This document shows, one piece after another, positions 30,510 through 43,689 of a stretch of DNA of 64,000 nucleotides. The translations under genes were made by a program, and so were the position numbers. The DNA is taken from the NCBI RefSeq assembly GCF_009914755.1, contig NC_060931.1; one strand, written 5' to 3'. Under the pieces are notes generated by a model. That model saw nothing but the letters and a program-made list of their open reading frames with translations, had not been told where the DNA came from and did not search any database. How positions within the stretch are numbered: position 1 is the stretch's first letter; the number at the start of each line of letters is the position of its first letter. This stretch comes from the human T2T-CHM13v2.0 reference genome, Homo sapiens.

Positions 30510-31610
30510 GCAGGTAATGCCCTTCAAAACTTTGCCACTTAAGCACCCAGTCCTCCTCTCTGTTAGGACACATGGGTGATGATGTTACTGGTGGAGGGTG
30601 TCCAGGTTCTTGGCATGTTGAACAAAGAATTGGACAAAACACACCAACAAAGCAAGGAAAGAATTAAGCAACAAAAGCCGAGATTTATTGAAAATGAAAG
30701 TGCACTCCACAGTGTGGGAGCTAGCCGAGCATAGGGGCTCAATGGCCGCCATACAGGATCTTCTCGGGTCCAAATGCCCCCTAGAGGTTTCCTATTGGCC
30801 ACCTGGTGTTCACCCCATGTAAATGAAGTGGCGGCCCGCAATCAGTCTGATTGGTTGCAGAACCAATCAGAGGCTGAAGTGAAATTACAAAGGTCACACT
30901 CCTATGCAAACATCTGATTGGTTGTGGGAAGCAACCAATCAGAGGCTAAAGTGAAGTTTCAAAGTTGTCATTCTATGCAAACGAAGACTTGCCTCTCAAT
31001 CAGTCTGATTGGTTGTGGGCAGCCACCATCAGAGGGTGAAGTGAAGTTACAAAGGTATGCTCCTATCCAAACGTCTGATTGGTTGCTTTTTGCAACCAAT
31101 TAGAGGTACTTTCAATTTCCCATCTGCCATGCAGAAAAGGTGGGGGTTTGCAAAGGTTGTAGCCTCTGATCCTTTTGTTACTTAGACATGGAAAGTTAGG
31201 GTTTTCCTTTCAATTTAGTTCTATGAAGTTAGTGTGAGATGGCCTTAGGTTCCCTGCCTCCAGACCCTATTCTCCTGCCTCAATGACACATCCCTGCTCA
31301 CTTTGCAGTTAGGCAGATCATGTGATTAGTGCTGGCCAATGGAATATCAGGAATGACATAACAGGAATGACACTCCTGATATGTCACTGGGGTGAGAAGC
31401 TCCAACCCTCTCTTCTCTTGTCATAGTGTTCATGGAAGCCTGTGTTGAGAGAGCCACAGAGCAAAGTATCTGGGACCACTGAGTCACCATATGGAGGAGA
31501 GCTACCTGGAACATTCAGGGTGGACTTCGTATAAGTGAGAGGTAAATGTTTGCTGTTAAGCCTCTGAGTCACTCATGCTGTTACTGCAGCATCTTCTAGC
31601 TTATCCTAGC
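30510..31610 (+). mobile_element. MLT1 (I/J-like) MaLR LTR, interrupted by MER51A
   Basis: tttgcagttaggcagatcatgtgattagtgctggccaatgg...tgagtcaccatatggaggagagc...tgttaagcctctgag...gttactgcagca; 5' boundary uncertain. Confidence 0.7.
30583..31282 (-). mobile_element. MER51A-like ERV1 solo LTR
   Basis: TG...CA termini, reverse start tgaggcaggagaatagggtctggaggcagggaacctaaggcc; 4-bp TSD atga (30579-30582, 31283-31286); internal CCAAT repeats. Confidence 0.9.
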
Positions 31611-31905
31611 GGGTCCGGTGTGTGCATTTAGTTTGCTATATCTACTGTCAATTCTAACAATGATCTAGAATCACACTAAATCACAGAAGTTAAAAGCTCA
31701 GCCATCGTCTCACAGCATTCTCAAGGAATAACCAAAGTATCTATTACCATCATTCATAACTATTCAGACAAGGCAGAGAGGAAGACATGAATTCCCATTT
31801 GAATTAGTGGCATCTCTGTTGGTGGAAATAAAAGAAAATACTGATTTCAGCAAATCTGAGGAATAAACAACCTCATTTCATTGTGCCATAAATTAAACAT
31901 TTTAT

Positions 31906-32160
31906 GGCCAGGCATGCAGTGGCTCACGCCTGTAATCCCAACACTTTGGGAGGCCGAGGTGGGCAGATCACTTGAGGTCAGAAGTTCAAGACCAGCATGG
32001 CCAACATGGTGAAACCCTGTCTCTACTAAAATTACAAAAATTAGCCAGGTGTGGTGGTGCCCGCCTGTACCCGGGAGGCACCACTGCACTGCAGCCTGGG
32101 TGATAGAGCGAGATTCTATCTCAAAAAATAAAGAAAAGAACAAAACAAATGAAAAAAAAA
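31906..32160 (+). mobile_element. AluSz-like with two right-arm deletions
   Basis: Intact left arm; right arm reads cctgta|cccgggaggc|accactgcact. Confidence 0.92.
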
Positions 32161-32336
32161 GTTTTGTTTTGTTTAGCAATAGGCTAATGAAATAAGATTT
32201 TAAAAGACTATAAGTCTTAAGTGAAAGCATGCGGTAATTTTTGAATCATTCCTCCCCCTTCTGTTTCTTCCACCTTCTCAGTGTATAGTGTGTTACAAGG
32301 GTCTTCTATCCCCAACTCAAGAAGGTGGGACTGCGG

Positions 32337-32695
32337 ATCAGTTGGGATGTATTGGCTGCAAGTAGCAAAACTCCACAACCCAAAGTAGTTTGAAAAATAA
32401 AATGGAATTATCTCACATTACTTAAAGTCTGGAGGGCCTGTGAGGCTCAAGGTTGGCTCATCTCAGATTATCTTCCAGGCTGATAGTGACATGGTGCAGC
32501 AGTTCCACATGTCACATCCAGATGGAATAAGGTCCAGAAGAAGAAGAGAGGCTGTCTCATCTTCGGTTTCTCACTTAAGGAAAGGAAGCCTTTCTCAGAA
32601 GCATTTGTCATGGCCAGAAAGGGTCACCTGCCCAATCCCAAAGTGATCTGTGTTGAGAAAGATTAAATGGCTGTGATTGGTTCAGAACCATTAGT
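32337..32695 (-). mobile_element. MLT1 (K/L-like) MaLR LTR
   Basis: tcagttgggatgtattggctgcaagtagcaaaa...tggccagaaagggtcacctgccca...tgattggttcagaacca. Confidence 0.55.
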
Positions 32696-32945
32696 ACAGG
32701 TGTAAGACGATGAGCATTTGGGTGGCATGGATGCTGTGGAGTCTATCCTGGACTTTATTCCTATTTCCATTGTCTGTAGTCAAGCTCCTCACACACTTAT
32801 TCCTAGATTTTGTAAAAACTTCTCATCTGCCTGCTCTGGGTCTTGCTGTTTTTTTCCAGTCCACTGTGTAAACCTTTCCAGACAAAGGTTCTTAAAACCT
32901 TCTTCTCATGTGGTCACATCCCTATCCAATTATCTTAAATATGTC

Positions 32946-33240
32946 TTTTTTTTCCTCTTTTTGAGATAGAGTCTCACTTCATCGCCCAGGCTGGAGTGCA
33001 GTGGCATTATCTCTGCTCACCACAACTTCTGCCTCCTGGGTTCAAGTGATTCTCATGCCAGCCTCCCAAGTAGCTGGGATTACAGGTGCCTGCCACCATG
33101 CCCAGCTAATTTTTGTATTTTTAGTAAAGACAGTGTTTTGCCATGTTGGCCAGTCTGGTCTCTAACTCTTGGCCTTAAGTGATCCCCCAAGCTTGGCCTC
33201 CCAAAGTGCTGGGATTATGGGCATGAGCCAACACAGCTGA
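32946..33240 (-). mobile_element. AluS, full length
   Basis: Reverse Alu; TSD ttaaatatgtc (32935-32945, 33243-33253). Confidence 0.95.
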
Positions 33241-33349
33241 AATTAAATATGTCCCTCTTAACTTTGACTTTAGGTTCTGCACGTTTTTCTAGATGCAGTT
33301 TTTTCACATTGACCTGATCCTTCACCAATATGCAGCCCACACTCTATAA

Positions 33350-33793
<444 letters not shown>

Positions 33794-35594
33794 ATACTTT
33801 CTTCATGAAGGCTTTCTGTCATCAGCCAACTATCTCTCTCCTCATTGAATTCTTATTTCCTGTCTAGCCAATACCATCACTGTGAACCTTAGCAGTGTCA
33901 AGCTGCTCTCCCCAAATAAACGGGATATGTCTTGATAGTAGAGAGTATGAATTATGCTTCATTTCCATCCCATACCAGTCTTTTTCTCCATACCATTCTT
34001 ACACAATATTTGGCACACGCTAATGATCGACTAGTCAATCAGCAAACAATGACTGAGTCCCATGCCTCCTGTTCTTACTGTGACTTCAGCACACATGAAG
34101 TCAAACAGATGGAATCAAATGCTGACCCTATTGAAAAAATTTTGTATTAGTTGTGCACATTTTGATACTCATAAGAAACAGAAAAGTCCCCTATGAGTAA
34201 GTTCAGCTCAGAAACGGGACTCAGAGTTGAATTTGGTATCTGAATGTTCCTATTCCACTTCTAATAACTCAAATCTGTACACTTGTTTAGAAGGCTATGC
34301 TTTGGGGATTGCACTCTAAAATAAATGCAGATGGTTGATAAGCATTTGGTTTAGCCTCTTAAACAAGAGTTCCAGTCATGCATATGTTCTCATGAAGGTA
34401 CCATCCTTTGTGTAGAAAAAAGACTTGGCCTTCAATTATTTTTGTTTATTAAATGGGCAAATGTCTGTGGAGACATTCATGTCCACATGTCTGTTTCCCT
34501 TTTGTTCAGTAATATGCATTTGCTGGCTAGCCAGGCTGAACTAGAAGCACCATTGCCCAGAGAGAAGGAAGGTAGCCCCTAGAGGAATCAGATTGCTATC
34601 CTGTGCTTTGTGCATGAACCCCTATAGGACCCTTGGATATTGGACTGCTTCTTTTGTGTGTGACCATGTGATGAGAATTAACACATAATTCTGTGTCCCA
34701 GCTTTATTGCTGAGGTCCATAATGAGCCAGTATAATTAAGCACCATTTGCCTGGTTAGTTAGTTCAGGTGTCTAAATCTGTCACAATAAAGTATGTGACG
34801 TTAAACATGTTTGGATTAGAACCTTCTGGAGCCAATGCCAATGCAGACAGCTATATTAATCACATGGGAGGTTATCTTATTTGAGATTTTCTTTGCACCT
34901 CTGAGTTACAGTGTTTCATCCATCAAGGGCTTGCTGAAGACATCTGTAAACTTTGATTTATTGCACTGTTTCTGGTACAGAATTAAATAGCATTATACTC
35001 AAATATATTGGCTTAATTGACAGGTAGAGATTTAATCCTGTTAATTACGTAGCCTGCTTGAAAGCTTCTATTAACCCCTTGCTGAATTGGCAGGATTCAG
35101 AAGAGGTATCTCAGCACCTATTTTGAGCTCAGGTAAAGCCATCATTGTCCTTCTTCAAAAAGTTTATTCTCACTAGCACCAAATCATGAGTGAACATGAA
35201 TACCCATGAGACAAGTGTGTCATCTAGAACTGTCTCCTGTCTGACTCCATACAGCCTACCTCTTGGGTAAATGGTGTCAGAAGGTTTACAGTCAGCGTCT
35301 CTCCTGGTTTGGGGCTTTTTATGTTAGTATTTAATGTGCTAACAGGTGTGAAAGTTGTTCATTTACTTATTCAACACACTTTTATTGAGCACTTACTATG
35401 TTCAGGAACTTTGCTGGGCTAGAAAAAACTAAAATATATGTACGGTTGAGACCTTCAAGGAACTTACACCATATAGGATACTCATGAATGACAATAATCT
35501 ATGCCGTTATAGTAATGCATGTTAATAGGTTTCTCATACCAGAAAACACAGGTGCAGTTAAACTTTATCTTTCTAGAAAGAGTACAAGGGATGC

Positions 35595-35987
35595 TGATAC
35601 AGCTTCTATGTTTGTCCCTCCAAGCTACATGTTGGAATTTGATCCCCAGTGTTGGAAGTGGGACCTAATGGGAGGTATTTCGGTTGTGGGGGTGGATCCC
35701 TTGTAAATGGCTTAGCACTGTGCTGGCTCTAATGGGTGAGTTCTTGTTCTGTTAGTTCTCAGAAGATCTGCCTGCACCCCCTCCCCTCTCTCTTCGTTCC
35801 TTCCTTACCACGTGATGCCTGCTCCCTTTGTCCTCCCACCATGAATGGAAGCTTCCTGAAGCCCTTACTAGGAGCAGATGCTGGCACCTGCTTCTTATAC
35901 AGCCTGCAGAATCAGGAGCCAAATAATCCTCTTTTCTTTATAAATCGCTCAGGCCTTCCTTTATAACAACACAAACAGACTAAGACA
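35595..35987 (+). mobile_element. MST (MSTB1/B2-like) MaLR solo LTR
   Basis: tgatacag...gatccccagtgttggaagtggg...agcagatgctggcacc...gactaagaca; 5-bp TSD gatgc/ggtgc. Confidence 0.88.
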
Positions 35988-36459
35988 GGTGCTAATGTAG
36001 AAATTGCAAACATGGTGGCAAAAAAGTGTGGGAAACATTTGAGGGAGGCAGATTCTCTTGGGGCTTTTCAACTCGCCCCTCACAAAGCAGTCATAGTCTC
36101 CGTGAACATGGCAGGACTCACCCCTGGCCCCCCTGCCACCCACCCCACTATCTGATAGTTTTCTCTATTCCTCAGGTCAACAGATGTCCTCTCTGTTCCT
36201 GGTCACCGTGCTAGGTGTGGAGGACACAGAGAGGGAGAAGACCTCTCTGCCTTCTTGGAGCTCACAAGCCGGTAGAAAACTTCTAAGCAGGAAAGTAAAA
36301 TGATCAGGGTTTTAAAACTCAATCCATCTAATGATCAATCTGGTGGCACAGTGAAGGATTTATTGGTGTGTGTCTCACTTGAATCACTTTTAAATAAATT
36401 TAAAAATCCACACTCTAAGAATACTTTGTGGGCTGAGGTCCTGAAAGTCATGTCATTAA

Positions 36460-36800
36460 AAAATTTTTTTATTTTGTTGTGATTTCACATTTACAAAAAA
36501 GTTACAAGATATACAAATAACATCTATGTAACCTTTTCTGAGATTTACCAATTGTTAACACAGTTGTTGATATTTTGTCTCGTTTGCTCATCTATCAATC
36601 TTCTATGTACACACACACTCATTCACTGAACCGTCTGATAGTAGTTTGCAGACATCATGCCTTTATTCCTATTCACAAATATTCCAATGTCTATTTCCTA
36701 AAAACAAGAACTTTCTCTTCTATAACAACAATAAACATCAAAATCAGGAAATGTAATAATGTATCAAATACTATAATTTAACCCAATTTTGCTAATTATG
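36460..36800 (-). mobile_element. L1MC/ME-like 3' fragment
   Basis: ttttattttg...ttacaaaaaagttacaag...agatttaccaattgttaaca...catcaaaatcaggaaat. Confidence 0.65.
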
Positions 36801-37336
36801 CTAATAATTAATCATGACATTTTTAAAAACTGACCTAAAAATGATATCTGATTCTATGCACAAAACTTTCAACTATAAATCATCACTGCAGCAGAAATTA
36901 ATCTTTACACAGGCTCACCTCATTTCATTGTGCCTTGTTTTATTGTGTTCCACAGATACTGCATTGTTTATAAATTGAAGGTTTGTGCCTATGCTATGTT
37001 AGGCAAGTCAGTCGGCGCCAGTTTTCCAGCAGCATGTGCTCACTTTGGGTCTCCATATAATATTTTAATAATTCTCAAAATGTTTCAAACTTTTTCCATT
37101 ATTATTAGATCTGTGAGGGTGATTTGTGATGAGTGATCTTTGGTGTCACTATGGTAATTGTTTTAGGTGCCATGGACTGTGCCCATGTAAGACAGCAAAC
37201 TTAACTGATAAATGTGTGTGTTCTGACTGCTCCACTGACCGGCTGTTCCCTGACTCTCTCTCTCTCTCCTCAGGCCTTCCTATTCCCTGAGACACAACAA
37301 TATTCAAATGAGGCCATTTAATAACTCCACAATAGT

Positions 37337-39000
<1,664 letters not shown>

Positions 39001-39080
39001 TTTGAATGGATGAAGAGTTGCTTTTTATGAATGAGCAATGAAAGCAATTTCTTGAGATGGAATCTACTCCTGGTGAACTA

Positions 39081-39159
39081 TTAGGTTGGTCCAAAAGTAA
39101 TTGCGGTTTTTGCCATTACTTTTATGGCAAAAACAACAATTACTTTTGGACCAACCTAA
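39081..39159. mobile_element. MADE1 (Hsmar1-derived MITE) nested in Tigger1; miR-548-like hairpin
   Basis: 37-bp inverted arms ttaggttggtccaaaagtaattgcggtttttgccat, 35/37 paired; 5' TA present. Confidence 0.95.
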
Positions 39160-40392
39160 TGGAAACATTGTGAGCACTGTTGAAATGACCACAAAGGATT
39201 TAGAATATTCATAAACTTATTTGATCAAACAATGGCAGGGTTTGAGAAGACTGATTTCAATTCTGAAAGAAGTTCTACGATTGGTAAAATGCTGTCAAAC
39301 AGCACAACATGCTAGAGAGCAATCTTTCATGACAGAAAGAGCAAATCAATGCAGCAAACTTCATCGTTGGCTTATTTTAAGAAATTGCCACAAACATCCC
39401 AATTTACAGCAACCACCACGCTTTTCAGTCAGCAGCCATCGACATCTAGGTAAGACCTTCCAGAGCAAAAAGATTATGACTCACAGAAGGCTCAGATGAT
39501 TCTTGACATTTTTTAGCAATAAAGTATTTTAATTAACGTATGTACAGTTTTTAGATACAATGTTATTGTGCACTTAACGGACTACAGTATAGTGCAAACA
39601 TAACATTTATATGCATGCACAGGGAAGCCAAACAATTTGTGTGACTTGCTTTATTGTGATATTTGCTTTCTTATCGTAGTCTGGAACAGAACCTACAAAA
39701 TCTCCAAGGTATGCCTGTAGCAATAAATTTTTTTAGATTTTCCATAAAAATAAAAGAATAGAATTTAAAAATTCTTGTAGAACTCATGGACTTCTGAATT
39801 CATATTTGAGACAAATTGTTGGAAACCAAGGTCGAGACAGGAGGAGCTCTGTTCATCATGTATGTGTGGATTGTCTTTTACTGTTCACATTAGTCAGAGA
39901 ATCAGAAAGTCAAGCAGTGGTGAAATCAAAGCTCCCATCTCTGTTCAGCAACATTAAATACAAAATTCCTGAAAAAACTAGGAATTAGGGTAGGAGTTAT
40001 GCACATTAACTCACAAGCACAACACAGAGCTGAAAAGGGAATCTGACCAGCACCCAATTGGTTAAAAGCCTAAGGCCAAGGATACTCTCATGCCCTGTCT
40101 TTCAGCAGGCACAAATAATAAACAGAAAGAAAGAGAGAGAACAGGGGGAGTAAGAGGGACATAATGTCCACGGCTTGGTGGGAGAGCAGCTTTCTGAAAT
40201 CAGAGGAAAATTTTGGAGGGTGATTTGACATTGTTGGTAGAATGAAAGAAGACAAGGCCTCTACCACGAAACAGGGTAAAATAATGAGAGAGGAAACTGA
40301 GATGTAAAGGCAACAGATGAGATGAGAATGGAGATAGTGGAAATAAGAAGGGCTTGCATGGAAACTAAAAGGCAAAGAGATTTTCTAAAGAC

Positions 40393-40505
40393 TGTGGTGG
40401 AAGGATCTCTTAAGCCCAGGAAGTTGAGGCTGCAGTGAGCCATGATCACACAATTGCATTCCAGCTTGGCTGACAGAGTGAGATGCTGTCTTAAAAAAAA
40501 AAAAA
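40393..40505 (+). mobile_element. AluJ right-arm fragment
   Basis: aagcccaggaagttgaggctgcagtgagccatgatc...poly-A. Confidence 0.85.
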
Positions 40506-41001
40506 TTAGTTTGGAGGCAGTAAAGGATAACGAAGCTGTGAAAAATAGGCTCAATGATGTGACACATCTCTACTCAATATGAAAGGCTTATTCATTTCAG
40601 ACACAATCCAGAGAAACTGATAGAAACACAATCATTGAGACTCTCAGTCCGTGATGAAGTTGGCAACAGAAATAAGGGCAAATAGAATGTTAATGAATAG
40701 ATCTACTTCGAAGTTGGTCACTGTAAACAGAGTTCTGAGCAAGCATCTACGGAGCATCACCAAAGCTGATCATAAATACTGGCCCAATGATAACCTCCAT
40801 ACATTCAAATGAGAGGAAATTATTCTGAGAACTGAAAAAAAAATGCAGAAGTTTAAAGGCACATCTGTTTACCAACTGAAACTTAGTTTCTTAATCTGTA
40901 AAAGGTGAATATTTACTAATAGCTGCTGTCTATGGGGGCTGTCAGAAGTAAATGAGCACTTACGGAGCTTATCATAGTGGTTGGCACATAGTAAGCAGTC
41001 A

Positions 41002-41490
<489 letters not shown>

Positions 41491-41529
41491 TCAAACAGAA
41501 TATCACAACTATAATTACAAAACAAGGAG

Positions 41530-42000
41530 AAAGTAAAACAAATCACTATATATGAAGTCTAATGGAAGGCAGCCAAAGTTCTGCTAATAGGCAAACTCAC
41601 AGACTTCAACAGCTTTCTTATTTTGGAAGAGGAAAATAGTAAGAATAAAACAAATCTAAAAAAGAAAAAAAATGGAAGAAACAAAATGGCAGGAGTAAAA
41701 GCAGAAATCACTTAAAATTAAAGCCAGCAGAAAAATAGCATAATTTGGGAGGTAAAACAGCAAAATACACTCACTACTTATAAATTTAAGTTTTAAAAAT
41801 GTGGAGGCCTAGGCTGTGTATAACAAAACTGAATGCTGTAAAAATGTCAGTTCTTCTCAACTTAGTTTATTCATTTTTCAAAATGCAATCAATATTCTGA
41901 TGAGACTGGGTTTTTTTTTTTTTTTTTTTTTTGGAACCTGGCAATATAATTATAAGGTTTTTCTGGAGAATAGGTGAGAATAGCTAAGAACATGTTGAAA
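41530..42000 (+). mobile_element. Ancient L1M ORF2 fragments
   Basis: gcagccaaagt...; gtaaaaatgtcagttcttctcaacttag...gagaatagctaagaac; internal poly-T 41911-41932. Confidence 0.55.
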
Positions 42001-43227
42001 ACATTCTCATCATATTAAATTCATCTAAATAGTCTAGATTCAGAAGAAAATTTATTTTGAGAGCAAACTGACGTCAAAATAAAAAGAACCTTAGTCGACC
42101 TGATACCTATTGAAATACTAATTGCCATCAATCTGGAATTCACACCTGCCCCTCCCCAGCTCTAAACCTTTTTGCCTCTTTGGTGCACAGACCTTTAAAT
42201 CAAATAACAGAAGTACAGGTTGAGAATAAATTCCTTTTGTGGCCTCCAATATGAGCCCAGAAAACCAACGAAAATAAAAATTTATTTGAATATTATGCAA
42301 GTATTAATAACATTGTGTGTATTTATTGAGTTTTGATATTTATTTCAAAAATATCTCTTTTAATCATTAAAGTAACTTGGCATGCATTAACCATTACAAA
42401 TCCTTTTTATTATTTCAATCCATAGGTTTCTCTCATTCTCAGTTTTGGAAGTTTGGGAAGGTCATGTTCAAATTTTAACTTTGTTGGTCAAGGAGAAACA
42501 CTGCTACCATTTGCAAACAACTTTATAAAGTAACTGCTAGAATGATTCTAAGTATGGGTTTGTGCTATGCTTTGGGTCTAAAAACAAATCTAGTTCCTCT
42601 ATCTGAATTCTGAAGAAAGGAATGGGAGTTTTGATGATGGGGAGATTGTTGGCTGGGGCTGATTAGGCCCAGGACTCCCGAGACTAGCAGGATAAAGATG
42701 GAGCAGAGTGCATAAGGGCTGTCCCTCCACCAAAACAAATTATTATGTAGAAGGATAGGCAGTCTAGCATTCTAAGAGGAGTAGTACAGGAATCAAATAT
42801 TGGTGTCAGGACTGATTCCAAATACTCAGTCCCATAGCCAGGTCTTGGATGAAGAGAATGAGCTGACTTCTCAAGCTGACTCTTCAACAAGATCATGAAT
42901 TAAGTCTCACCCCCCACCACTTACCAGCAGGATAATGCTAGGCAAGTTTCTTACACACTCTGTTTCCCAATTTTCTCATCTCAATATTAGAGGTTACAAA
43001 TACCTAAACAAATGGTGGCCAGTATTATTTGGTACAAAGAGAGTGTGGTCACTATAAATCCAAGGTTTTCATCACAGGGTAGTAGAAAATGAAATAGGAA
43101 GTGGGTAACTGTGTAGGTAAAACGGAATACTAACAATTGAAGTATTTGGGTAGTGATGTTTTTACCATGTGTGAGAAAAAGAGAAATAATATAAGAATAA
43201 AACGATTTAAAATTACAGGATGCACAG

Positions 43228-43689
43228 TGATTAGGCTGTTCTCTCATGCTATAAAGAAATACCTGAGACTGGGTAATTTATATTCTCCTATTGCTATAAA
43301 GAAATACCTGAGACTGGGTAATTTATAAAGAAAAGAGGTTTAACTGGCTCACAGTTCTGCAGGTTGTACAGGGAGCACGATGCTGGCATCTGCTCGGCTT
43401 CTGGGGGGCTCCTCAGGAAGCTTACAATCATAGCAGAAGGTAAAAGGGGAGCGGCATGTCACGTGGTGTAAGCGGGAGCAAGGTGGGGAGGAAGTGCCAC
43501 ACTTTGAAACAACCAAATCTCGTGAGAAGTCCTCACTATCACGAGAAGAGCACCAAGGGGAATGGTGCTAAACCATTCATGAGAAATCAACCCCCATGAT
43601 CCAATCACCTCCCAAAGGCCCCACCTCCAACATTGGGAGTTACAATTCAACATGAGATTGGGTAGGGACCACAGATCCAAACTATATCA
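43228..43689 (-). mobile_element. MSTB MaLR solo LTR with internal 45-bp tandem duplication
   Basis: tgctataaagaaatacctgagactgggtaatttataaagaaaagagg...cagatccaaactatatca; 5-bp TSD cacag/catag. Confidence 0.92.

Noticed and set aside
30840-31105. CRISPR-like palindromic repeat array
   Set aside because: The spacers are themselves repeated, the array lies inside an ERV LTR in primate DNA, and there are no cas genes.
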